Assembly (NCBI GenBank): GCA_004431415.1
Contig: QPMI01000627.1
Location: forward strand, 151,077-215,076
Direction of reading: 5' to 3'
DNA length: 64,000 nt
Origin: Cyanophora paradoxa CCMP329
Taxonomy: Eukaryota; Plantae; Glaucophyta
In this document: positions 39,782 to 49,769 of the stretch, in pieces
Position numbering within the stretch: position 1 is the first letter of the stretch
Layout: each line of letters opens with the position of its first letter
The notes under the pieces: model-generated
Seen by the model: the letters and a program-made list of their open reading frames with translations, nothing else
Told to the model about the DNA's origin: nothing
The model's database searches: none
Made by a program: the position numbers and the translations under genes

Positions 39782-41114
39782 TTATATTATTTTAACGATT
39801 ACCAAAACCTGTGTGTCAGATAACACCTTGATCACCTTCCCCACAGATATTTTATATTGTTCAAATGAAGGATTCGATACAGCATTTACAGCAATACTGT
39901 CATTCTCACCTTGAACAGGAATAATATAATCACCAGGGTTTGCCCCTGATATATTAACAGGAACCTGACCACAGAATGCAATACGATCTACCTTCTGTCT
40001 CTCAGTTTCCAGTTTCTGTTCATATATTGCTTTGGCTGTTTCGTATTCTTGTTTTTGTGTTTCTGTTGGGTTTTCAGGTAATTCAGGTCTTTCTCCTACA
40101 ATACTTTTGGGTGCCCAATCGTCACCTCCCACGAAAGATGGGTTCGTTGATTTGACCGCAAACATTATAGTGGAATTAAATGAAAGCGTTAACTTTCCAT
40201 TTTGATTAATTCCGCAAACTTGCCCTTTTGCTATGACATCCGTTATGTTTTCTTTTGCCATATATTCAGCATAATCAGTTCCTCCTACATTTACAGTTCC
40301 TGCGGTGTTAATAGATCTTCCAGTTGCGAATTTAGCAACATATAGTATAGCTCCTATTCCGCCCCAACCATTATTTAAATACTGTGTTGTATCAGAATAG
40401 AAGCCACCTAAATCGTTTCCACTCGAGCTGTAACACCACATGACTCCACTGTTAGTCCCTGTCTGTTTCACAATGAGCCCACCAGTCGTCGGTGGAGACG
40501 TATTGATACCAACAGTTCCACTGTTAACCTGGATACCATTTGCTGTGATTGTTGAAATTGTTGTCCCATTGCGTTTTAATGCTAAATCAGAAGCCGCCCC
40601 AGTATCAATCGTCGTTGTTTTTACACCACCAGTAGCTGTGAGAAGCCCAGTAAATCCACCAGTAGATGAAAATGTAGCTGTGGTTCCACTAACACCACCA
40701 TTTGCTGTGAGTAATCCAGTAAATGAGCCTGTCCCACTTACTGTCGCATTCCCATTCACCCCAAGCCAGTCCCAATCCATGCCCCGCCACTGTAAACTTG
40801 GAAAGCCGCCGAATTCCTATCAGCCGGATTAAAAGCCGTTTTGGAATCCTGTTGACCTTCATATAGATTTTCTTTGGTGACCAGCCCGAAGATATTGCGG
40901 GTCGATTCGATACGATCATTTGAGTAGCTTTAACGAGTCCATCAATCTTGTCAGCTCTGAGTTCTTTGACTCTGAGTATGCTTTGGTCATTAAAAGAATC
41001 GGTTTTCGCTGTCTCAGTCGAAGGGTGGCTCGGAGATAAATCATAGACTGTGTGTTGGACATTATGGACAGCACTGGCTGATAAGGAAAACACAGGTGTG
41101 AATACAGTCGACAT
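39782..41114 (-). CDS. Fibre/tailspike protein with C-terminal intramolecular chaperone (Peptidase G2-like); ~444 aa after correcting two frameshifts
   Basis: Gly/Thr-rich beta repeats (TGLLTANGG/TGLLTATGG), then GTDYAEYM..GQVCGI..STNPSFVGGDDW..RIAFCGQVPV..GDYIIP. A bridging frame ESTRNIF...SAAFQVYSGGAWIGTGLG links ORFs 40689-41114 and 39782-40780. Confidence 0.75.
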
Positions 41115-41135
41115 CTTTTGATTGTTCTTTACTTA

Positions 41136-42598
41136 TTATGTGAGAATATTATTGTTTTGGAGAGGTCCAACAGCAATCCAATGGAGTTTAAGGGTGCGAT
41201 TTGCTGCTGTGACATTTGTGAAATTAGTCGATGCGAAAGCTGTGAATCTTACGATCCAGGTAAACTTAGTTTTTAAACCCACACGAGTATTATTAACATA
41301 CTCAGGTCCGATATATACACAGTTGGTCATGTCCCAATTTACAGAGTTGAAGCTATTCTCGATAGATGTAGTAATCACTGCATCACTATAAAATGGGGTA
41401 GAGAATACGACCGTTCCCGATAATTGAAAGGTTTCTCCTGCTATGTATTCTCGATTGTCCAGGACTACATTCGCTGTCCCTGTTGCACATATGCATTTGC
41501 ATTTACATAACTACCGAAATTCGTGAGCAACTCTATGCTGTGATTGTGAGTGGGTGGCGAAGTAGGTGTGTTAATCAGATCATCATAATTTCCACTTGTA
41601 GCCACAGCATGCAAGTTGGGTGTATTAACGAGATCATTATAGTCTCCACTTGTAGCCACAGCATGCAAGGTAGGGGCAACAGGTGTGTTAGTTAGGTCAT
41701 TGTAGTCACCACTTGTGGCAACAGCATGCAAATTCGGCTTAGTAAATAACCTATCCCATGTCCCATTGAAAGGAAGTGTAGATTCTGATATAATTACACC
41801 TTGATCGATCCAACGAGGTATATAGCTTGTGAAATCGGGAGTTCCTACTAAATCATAGTAATTTCCTGTGTATGCTACACCACTCCAAGTCGGCTTCTGA
41901 ATGATATCACTCCACTTCCCACTAAAACCCGCCGGCACATCTGTAAGCTCCTTATAGCTCACCTTTTGCTTTGGTATAGACAGCTCAATTGGTGAGAATG
42001 CACCCGAAAGGCGATTTTCAGAGGTGAAATACATGAGACTTTGACTGTTAGGGAACTCATCCACGAGATTAAAGGTGAAATTCGTGGGCAATTCGAGTCG
42101 ACTAATTGGGGTGTTGTCGCCTAATATAAATTCGGCGCCTGTATGCACGACCGGGTTTCTTTGGATATACATATTGGATGCACCTATTACAGGTGCCACA
42201 ATGGGCACATCTGAACATACAAGGTTGCAAGTGATGGAGAAAATGGTTTTAGGGGCGAATAGATTGCAATCAAAGGTCACAGTAGCTGGATCAATAGTAG
42301 GATCGACATTTGAACAGATCTGAAACATCCACCCTCCCACACAGTTGCAATTTAGATTTCGAAAGGCTGTTCCTGCCATTGCATCCACATAGCCTATCCC
42401 ATTTGCTATGTCATATATGTGACCAAACTCGTAACCAAAAATGTCATTCCACAGGTTAGAAGCCATAGCTCCCATCACATACCCTTTTAGATCTACTATC
42501 AGGTCATTGGATTCACTGGGTATATTGGCATGGGTTATATAAAATTGATTATCCAAGACAGCATTCTTTATTGTCGTTTCTACTATGGGTTCAGTCAT
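41136..42598 (-). CDS. Fibre-like protein with LHAVATSGxYxDL repeats; ~487 aa after correcting one frameshift at ~41486
   Basis: Three LHAVATSG(D/N)Y(N/D)DL phage tail-fibre-type repeats; the alternative frame ATGTANVVLD...FSTPFYSDAVITTS joins ORF 41136-41378, which ends LHWIAVG. Confidence 0.7.
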
Positions 42599-42635
42599 TA
42601 TACTCTATTATGGAATACTACAAAAATTAAGGTTG

Positions 42636-45600
42636 TTACATAACGTTTGGAACATGTTCATATATTCTCCCTTCTCGCTGTGCCATTTCCGCCATAAAGT
42701 CTCTGTCATTATTCATCGTTTGCTCTGCCAATTCTTGTGCTCGTGATTTTTTGGGTGCTGCCCTATTTGCTGGTGGTCGGTCAGTCCTCACTACACTAAG
42801 ACCATGCCCCTCGGCTGATCTCACCTCTAACCCCACATCTCCTTCGGCTGTTTGGGTCACATTAAGCTCTGGTGTTGAGTATTTATTACCTGCTCCTGCA
42901 ATGGTTCTGTCTATGCATGCACAACACAAAGCTCGGAATTTGTATGCAAGCACAAGCCCAAGAGCACCAAGAATAGGCAAGAGAATCATAAGCACTAACG
43001 TTCCTGGATCAGTTCCCGGTGCTCCGACTGGATTAGTAGGATTTGTGGGATTATTAGGTGTCGTGTTTGGATCTGGATCAGTTGTAGGGGGATCTTTTGA
43101 ATCGGGATCTGGGTTAGGCTGGTTCGGATTGGGATCGTTTGGTGGCGGCTCTGTCGACCCTGCTAATGATGTCGGCGCTGTGTATGCATTTGCAAACACG
43201 ATGGGAGCCGTCGCTGGATTTCCTGTGGAGGATCCTGAGATTGCACCATAGGTATCTGCGAGATACTTGTATAATTCCTGTGTCACAGGTGGATTGCTCA
43301 CAGATCGACACACCCAAATATTGCATGTGGTATCATATACTGTATCCCTGATAAAAGGCGGTAGAGCCGTCCCACTGAATGACTCAAAGAGTCCATTTCG
43401 CGAAAGCAACCTATGGGCTGTATCACAATTTCCACCCTCAAAATATTTGGTAGCCGAAATCGCACCTTGCACATAAATATTGCATGTGGAGTGCAATCCA
43501 ATGTTATTTAGGTTAGGAGTGTATCTGTCATCGAGCCTTACAGTGCAAACCCATGGGGAAGCGGTTTTTATATATTTCTTATCGCCTGCTGTGATCACAT
43601 CTGTGTTTGGGTGGCTTTCGATTTGGGTAGCAATAGACTCATATTTGTAAGAGTAATAAACTAAGAGCCCATCTGTGGAGGATGTAAAATAAAAGAAGTC
43701 TCTCATGAAGTCTGTGGATCCAAAGAAGTCAGCATTGGTCGATGTTAGGGTGACTTTGGGATAGCTCATGCTGACAGTCTCAGAAGGATATGGAATATAA
43801 GAGGTGTAATAGCGATTTAACAGATAATAGTAAAATCCATCTGAGACATTCGAATGAGTGGGCAAGGTGACTGTTAAGGTCTTACTGCGATCCTCAAACG
43901 TTTTATGTATGACAATATTGCAAGTATTAATGTATCGAGAATCGAAAAAGTAATTATTCGTTACTCGATTATCGATCAGAGTCGCATTGGTTCCATTAAA
44001 TACGAAATTCTGCCCATTAATTCTCGTAGTATGAATGTCGGTAACATCGAGAGGATACCTTATTTTTAATCGGTCTTCGGGGTCAAATCGCGGAATAGTT
44101 CCTGTTGCCTTCCAACTCACAGTGAAGGGAGGAGAAAGGGAAACTGCTGGGATAACAGAGAGATTAAATTTCGCAAAATACAACCCAATAGGATACCCTG
44201 ATAAAGCATATGTCACTGTTGCATTTCCTACAAGTGTAAAGCCGGTGGTTGTTATGTTAGTTGCAACAAATGGGGAGTAGCCAGCGGGTGCATTTTGAAG
44301 AGAGGTAGATGAGCCATCATTGACCACATACAGATTCGGGTCTGTAATTTCAATGGTAGGAGGGGAGACAAATGGAGACTCAAATGTGAAATTAAAACTC
44401 GCTGGAACCCCTGCAAGATATCTATATGAGACCGATCCTATTTCGGATGCCTGGAATACTTTGCTTCCACTCCGCACTACATTACTTGTGTCTTTCACAT
44501 TGTGGTATGATATGCTGGGAGTCGGGGAGAGCACCAACGAAATAGCATCTGGTAAATCAGACTTTGTTATATACAGCTCTTTAAGATACTCCTTTCTAAA
44601 AGGCGCGGTCAGATCTCCAATAGTAGCCGATGAACCTGCGACTACAATATTACAGGTGTTTGCACTCAAAGAATAAACTGTGTTCCACCTTAAAGAGTTC
44701 GCGCCAAGATCGAAACTCTGTGAGAAGGGCACGATATTGCTACCTTGTAAATCTCGGTAAACCTTTACTCTGGGTTCGCTATCGAATTCAGGGGTGATAT
44801 AATTGATGGTAAGAGTGAAACTAATAGTAGCTTCGGAAGTCAATAAGTTGTTTCGGATGATAAGTAAATTGTATGTCTCGTTAATGACAAACGAAACCTG
44901 AAACCCTGTGGAGGTGACATTTTGAATAAATGCTTTATTCGATTCATTATTGTTAGTGATAGGATTATAATAAGTAGTGTGATCCACCAATGAAACAGTG
45001 GGTATAGTCGTCTCGAAACCTGTGACACCCAACTGATCCCAAGTGAATGTATATGTAGGTTTGCCTACATAAGCGACATAGACCCCATTCGCGATCTGCT
45101 GAGGGTATCCCTCGACAGTGTAGGTCTCAGTTCGCGAAACTGATCGGGAAAGGTTACTATTAAAGTCAGTGTAGCTGATCAGTGCATTATCACTGGTGAG
45201 AATCTGATTGGGTCGGAGTGAGTGATTAAATGGAAGGATTAAATTGGAGGCAAACATGGAAACTCCATGCAACTCTGACCATCTCAGATTCGAGAGACCA
45301 ATTCGGTATGCATTATCAATAGAAGGGTATATGTTCCTTTTCGACAGAATATGGGCTAAGGTAATTGCAAGCGCTCCATCTGCTGCAAACAGAGCATTAA
45401 TTTCTGATTGCAAAGCGGCGATTTCGGTAGTGTGGGTCGTGAGGGTTCCATCCTGGCTGGAATCTTTGGTGTTCTTGCTCCTCTCGAACTCCAAAAACGC
45501 CTTTACGATGTCCTTGCCTAAAAGATCGTTTATATTGTCTCTGGTAATGTGAACATGGTCTGTTCTCAGTGCCTGTTTCTCTGTGGTAAAAGCCGGAATT

Positions 45601-46361
45601 TCCTCCGCAAATGATATAGTCGTTTTATCAAGTGCTAAGGATCTCACATTCGGAGCATTTGCGCCGATAATATCCACAACGTTCCCATTTTCGACAATTT
45701 CTAAGGTCGGTTTCGCGGGGTCTAATGTGAAAACGCCCTCTGTTATCTGGGGAACCGATTCGCTCTTCTGAATCACAAAGGATTCGATGTTTAGGTTACA
45801 GGTTGCGACATTGGTGGCGAAAAACGACTCGGAGTTAAGCGAGTTTACGTTAAGAGTATTTGTAGATATGTTACTTGCTGTAATATTACTCGTCGTTAGA
45901 TTACCTGCTGAGAGATCATGGACGACCTCTACCTTTGTTTTCCGTGTGGATACTCCCGCTATAAGTGTGCTATTATCCACGATTCTCATAGCTGCATTTT
46001 GGAAACCGCTCTCATCTTGAATGAAGAAGTTTAAGCGACCTCTATCGAATGCTTTTGGGATGTTCCTACGATTATATCGCACCGTTTTCGGTAGCTGGCG
46101 GGTTGCCTGAATGCTGGCGACTCTGTTTCGTTCGTTATCATCAAGTAAAAAGTCGATTCCAAGTTTATGATCCCCTTTCTCGACGTTCATTAACTGCAAA
46201 GCTGCGGGTCTGCTCGGTGTTCCACTGACTGGATCTTCGCGGTCTGCATTGAAGTTTATTCTCAGAGACCCGCGAATTTCGGTGTTTACCTGATCAGTGT
46301 CCTCTATCTGAGTGGTCGAATTAATAACTCGTGCGTCTGGTCGCGGATTCAGGAACGACAT
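42636..46361 (-). CDS. ~1241-aa fibre/adhesin-like protein with Pro/Asn/Thr linker, C-terminal TM helix and Cys cluster
   Basis: Likely start MSFLNPRPD at 46361, which avoids overlap with the patatin gene. Fibre motifs NIYPSIDNAYRIGLSNLRW and NIVPFSQSFDLGANSLRW; five TCN(I/L) repeats; TM LVLMILLPILGALGLVLAY followed by KFRALCCAC. Confidence 0.7.
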   Translation of the reverse strand: MSFLNPRPDARVINSTTQIEDTDQVNTEIRGSLRINFNADREDPVSGTPSRPAALQLMNVEKGDHKLGIDFLLDDNERNRVASIQATRQLPKTVRYNRRNIPKAFDRGRLNFFIQDESGFQNAAMRIVDNSTLIAGVSTRKTKVEVVHDLSAGNLTTSNITASNISTNTLNVNSLNSESFFATNVATCNLNIESFVIQKSESVPQITEGVFTLDPAKPTLEIVENGNVVDIIGANAPNVRSLALDKTTISFAEEIPAFTTEKQALRTDHVHITRDNINDLLGKDIVKAFLEFERSKNTKDSSQDGTLTTHTTEIAALQSEINALFAADGALAITLAHILSKRNIYPSIDNAYRIGLSNLRWSELHGVSMFASNLILPFNHSLRPNQILTSDNALISYTDFNSNLSRSVSRTETYTVEGYPQQIANGVYVAYVGKPTYTFTWDQLGVTGFETTIPTVSLVDHTTYYNPITNNNESNKAFIQNVTSTGFQVSFVINETYNLLIIRNNLLTSEATISFTLTINYITPEFDSEPRVKVYRDLQGSNIVPFSQSFDLGANSLRWNTVYSLSANTCNIVVAGSSATIGDLTAPFRKEYLKELYITKSDLPDAISLVLSPTPSISYHNVKDTSNVVRSGSKVFQASEIGSVSYRYLAGVPASFNFTFESPFVSPPTIEITDPNLYVVNDGSSTSLQNAPAGYSPFVATNITTTGFTLVGNATVTYALSGYPIGLYFAKFNLSVIPAVSLSPPFTVSWKATGTIPRFDPEDRLKIRYPLDVTDIHTTRINGQNFVFNGTNATLIDNRVTNNYFFDSRYINTCNIVIHKTFEDRSKTLTVTLPTHSNVSDGFYYYLLNRYYTSYIPYPSETVSMSYPKVTLTSTNADFFGSTDFMRDFFYFTSSTDGLLVYYSYKYESIATQIESHPNTDVITAGDKKYIKTASPWVCTVRLDDRYTPNLNNIGLHSTCNIYVQGAISATKYFEGGNCDTAHRLLSRNGLFESFSGTALPPFIRDTVYDTTCNIWVCRSVSNPPVTQELYKYLADTYGAISGSSTGNPATAPIVFANAYTAPTSLAGSTEPPPNDPNPNQPNPDPDSKDPPTTDPDPNTTPNNPTNPTNPVGAPGTDPGTLVLMILLPILGALGLVLAYKFRALCCACIDRTIAGAGNKYSTPELNVTQTAEGDVGLEVRSAEGHGLSVVRTDRPPANRAAPKKSRAQELAEQTMNNDRDFMAEMAQREGRIYEHVPNVM

Positions 46362-46404
46362 CCTCTTTATAAACAAAGAAGATATATAAGAAGTATATAA
46401 GATA

Positions 46405-47898
46405 ATGAAGACCGTTCTCGCTTTGAGTGGTGGAGGGTCGCGCGGAATAATCGAGGCTGCTATACTGGCACAGATTGAAGCCCAAACCGGTAAACGAATC
46501 CAACAGCTATTCGACTGCTTTGCGGGAACATCCACAGGTGGATTAATCGCGCTCCTATTGAATATCAAGGGAACCGATGGCGCCCCTAAATATACTGCTA
46601 CTGATATTCTGGCGCTCTACAAAGCAAAGCTACCGCTGATTTTCGCGAATCCACGAGTGCTTACATCGATAGTGCAACGCCCAAAGTATGAAGCCACGAA
46701 TTTAGAAGCTGTGGCTCTGGAACTCTGCGGCTCAGCGACCATGGCGGATCTCTATAAACCCACCATCGTGACTGCGTTCGACACGGTTCAAATGTCCCCC
46801 GTTTTTATTTCAAGCAACGACGAAGATATTAATGGGATGCTTGTGCGCGATGCTGCAAGGGCTACCTCGGCTGCTCCGACCTATTTCGAGCCGAAACAAG
46901 TCACAGTCGCCGGAAGAACATACTGTTTAATTGATGGTTGCATGAGTGGAAATAATTCGCCCGGGGTTTGCGGCTACACATTCGCCCGCACTTTATTCGG
47001 AAACTCTTGCGAGGAGGAGCTTATCGTGGTCTCGATTACGGCGGGTCACGTCCAAGACTTAGATAAAGCGACATCTGGATATTCTTATGACACTATGAAA
47101 AATTGGGGGATCGTGCAATGGATGCTAAGCGCCACAGGATCGCCAATTCTCAGCATGTTCTTAGAGTCGAGCGATCTGAACGCCCACGTAAAGCTGCTGG
47201 AACTTTTACCCAGAAACGATGATCAGAATTACGATCGCTACTATAAGCTGAGCGTTCCTTTACCGAAAGATAAAATGACCCTCGATACTATCACAACGAG
47301 TCACCTGCAATATTTGGAAACGGAAGCGCTCGCCTTTGTTTCCGCACAGCAAACGTATTTTAATGCGATGTATTCAGTGCTGACCATGAATATATCAGAG
47401 GGAGACGTTCCCATAATTAATCTGTCGGGTTGCACAGATACAAGTGCACCCCCGGAGTCTAACTGGGTGCCGCTCGATAATAGCGCCTTTATTGCGGAAT
47501 TCGGCACAGCCTCCAATGCCCGCTGGTCGAATGCCACGGGGTGGGTGGGATTCACAAACCCGCCGCAAGGTAGTAGGTCGGGAGGCAATTATTTACGCAT
47601 CGATTTTCCGCGTCTGTTTATGCTTTCCTCAATAAAAATGAAGCCAGCTGCGAATGGCAACTATATTAAAACGTTTGAGATCGATTACCAATTAACTCCG
47701 GGAGTTTCGGCACTTGTCACATACACAGAAGCCGGCGCGACGAGAGTGTTTACAAATGCAAATCAAATAGCCGGAAGTGCTGATCCCGACGAACATTTCT
47801 TAGCGAACCCGAGATCTGTGAGAACCCTCGTAATCTGGGTGCTCACGACGAACGTAGCTTCGGCATGCCGAATTGATTTCGAGGGCTACTATGTGTGA
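46405..47898 (+). CDS. Patatin-like phospholipase fused to a C-terminal F5/8 type C (discoidin) domain
   Basis: GGGSRG oxyanion loop, GTSTG nucleophile, ARATSAAPTYF and DGC. C-terminus YLRIDF..YIKTFEIDY..VFTNAN..FLANPRSVRTLVI..RIDFEG follows the FA58C pattern. Confidence 0.88.
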   Translation: MKTVLALSGGGSRGIIEAAILAQIEAQTGKRIQQLFDCFAGTSTGGLIALLLNIKGTDGAPKYTATDILALYKAKLPLIFANPRVLTSIVQRPKYEATNLEAVALELCGSATMADLYKPTIVTAFDTVQMSPVFISSNDEDINGMLVRDAARATSAAPTYFEPKQVTVAGRTYCLIDGCMSGNNSPGVCGYTFARTLFGNSCEEELIVVSITAGHVQDLDKATSGYSYDTMKNWGIVQWMLSATGSPILSMFLESSDLNAHVKLLELLPRNDDQNYDRYYKLSVPLPKDKMTLDTITTSHLQYLETEALAFVSAQQTYFNAMYSVLTMNISEGDVPIINLSGCTDTSAPPESNWVPLDNSAFIAEFGTASNARWSNATGWVGFTNPPQGSRSGGNYLRIDFPRLFMLSSIKMKPAANGNYIKTFEIDYQLTPGVSALVTYTEAGATRVFTNANQIAGSADPDEHFLANPRSVRTLVIWVLTTNVASACRIDFEGYYV

Positions 47899-47933
47899 CT
47901 TCCTTCGGTCGTTGCGCGCTGACGAGACAGCGC

Positions 47934-48779
47934 TTAGTCGGTGATCACTTCCAGCTGAAACGAGTATGAGAGACCGTTTATATCCGCAACAGAGCCCCGC
48001 CATTTTCGAAGCGAAATTGTGAGACGATCTAAATCGAGTTGCGATGTGACATTTACGAAAGGGATGCTTGCGCTCGGTTCGTGGTAAAAGGAATATCTAC
48101 CAAAGTCCGAGTTCATCTGAATTCGCAATAGATAGGAGTCGTCGACATTGTTCTGTCTACCTGTAACCGCTGCGAATTTGGTAAAAGGGCGGAGCTCTTC
48201 GATATCAAGGTAAATATATGGAATTGCATTAAAGTCGACCATTTTCGGGCATATAATCGCGTAGCGACTCGGGTAATCTCTGAGTGGAACCGGCACTGGT
48301 TCTGGTGTGCTGGCGTAAACAACTCCGGGTTCTATGCCGAGACAATCACAGAACTCCTGGTCTGAGGACTCTAATGTAAACGGGCTATTCGGAGATGAGA
48401 AAACGAAGCGGTTTGTGGACAGAGCGAGAGAATAGGAAACCGGGAAGAGACCGAGTGGATTAAAAGAACCGCCAGAAAACCCGAGTAAAGCATCACTGTT
48501 TAAAGCTCTCTCTTTCGGATATCGTTCGTTATCAGCATCGACGTAATAATAATCGTTTACGCTGGGAATCGGTGCTATCATTTTGGATGCGGGAATTACT
48601 GTGGGCTCTTCGTTTAGAAGCGTTATAGTTATTGTCTGATCGGGCGGAACAACATAAGAGCTATTTGGAATCTCAGCGGATAGCACACGAAATCGTCGTA
48701 CATTATTAAGGCGCGTTTTCAAGTGCAGCACGCCGTTTTCAAGGTCTCTACTGTCGCAATTTATTGTTATTCTTTTCAT
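47934..48779 (-). CDS. Minor capsid protein (single jelly-roll penton) 1
   Basis: CDSRD..LNNV..LSAEIPN..YIYLDIEEL..LDRLTISL..DINGLSYSFQLEV matches the PLV/NCLDV penton pattern. Confidence 0.8.
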   Translation of the reverse strand: MKRITINCDSRDLENGVLHLKTRLNNVRRFRVLSAEIPNSSYVVPPDQTITITLLNEEPTVIPASKMIAPIPSVNDYYYVDADNERYPKERALNSDALLGFSGGSFNPLGLFPVSYSLALSTNRFVFSSPNSPFTLESSDQEFCDCLGIEPGVVYASTPEPVPVPLRDYPSRYAIICPKMVDFNAIPYIYLDIEELRPFTKFAAVTGRQNNVDDSYLLRIQMNSDFGRYSFYHEPSASIPFVNVTSQLDLDRLTISLRKWRGSVADINGLSYSFQLEVITD

Positions 48780-48795
48780 AATCTATTATAGTAAG

Positions 48796-49722
48796 ATGAA
48801 AGAATACCTGAGCTTTTCGAGCGATGATCGCGATGAGGAGTTTACTCAGCCAAACCAGTATGTAGTGACATTACCCCGTCGCTATGACAACGTAAAATCG
48901 GTGCGCCTGGTGCAGGCAACGGTTCCCAATGTTCTTTCGACCGTGACAAACGATATAGACGCCACTGGTGCAACCATCGAGCGCATGGAACTCTATTTCT
49001 CGGTCACAGCTTCGGATTCCGGATTCGTGACCATCACAATCCCCAAAGGATTTTACACCAAAGACGACCTTGCCGCAAAAGTCACAGAAAGACTCGAAGC
49101 AGCTCGCCTTTCAGATTTCGGTGGAAAATATATTAAATGCCGCTATAATACTACTTCAAAGATCTATGAGTTTTTCAGTGATAGCAACTTTTGGTTCAAG
49201 TTCTCCAAAGCTTCCCCTGAAACACTCAGAAAATCCAGTAACCGCAAAGCAATCGCTAAGAAACTCGCAATATTCGGTTTCAAAGATATTCAACTATATG
49301 TTTACGAGACATTTACCCCTCTTGCAAGCGATACATTCCTTGTGTTTAATCCTGGGACGGGAACTGTGACACTCAATCGACGCATTCGTGGCTATACTCG
49401 TGGAGATGAGACCCCGGCGGCGATGATCTGGCTATATATTGACGAGTTTGCGCCGTTTATTCGCTCAGTCAACAAGCACGTCGATGGTTATTTCATGCGC
49501 ATTCCAATCCCACAGGAACTCGAACATGGTGATATCTACCACTTCGACACGTCCACTACGGTGCCTCTCATTCGTGAATTCCGCGAATTAAAATCGTTCG
49601 ACCGCTTGACGATTAAACTCATCGACCATGATGGCGCTCTCTTAGATTTCGGGGTTTGGGCGCATTATTTCACTTTTGAAATCGAAACCTACGACGCACC
49701 GCCCGAAATGAATTTCTACTAA
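48796..49722 (+). CDS. Minor capsid protein (penton) 2
   Basis: SSDDRD..YDNVKSVRLVQATVPN..IPKGFYT..WLYIDEF..FDRLTIKLIDHDGALLDF..FTFEIE. Confidence 0.8.
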   Translation: MKEYLSFSSDDRDEEFTQPNQYVVTLPRRYDNVKSVRLVQATVPNVLSTVTNDIDATGATIERMELYFSVTASDSGFVTITIPKGFYTKDDLAAKVTERLEAARLSDFGGKYIKCRYNTTSKIYEFFSDSNFWFKFSKASPETLRKSSNRKAIAKKLAIFGFKDIQLYVYETFTPLASDTFLVFNPGTGTVTLNRRIRGYTRGDETPAAMIWLYIDEFAPFIRSVNKHVDGYFMRIPIPQELEHGDIYHFDTSTTVPLIREFRELKSFDRLTIKLIDHDGALLDFGVWAHYFTFEIETYDAPPEMNFY

Positions 49723-49769
49723 GCCCTTTAAATTATTTTCTGATCCCAAAGATAAGAGAAGAAACGCTC

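Noticed and set aside
46362-46568. N-terminal extension of the 1310-aa ORF
   Set aside because: It overlaps the patatin gene antisense from a non-ATG start; the ATG at 46361 is more plausible.
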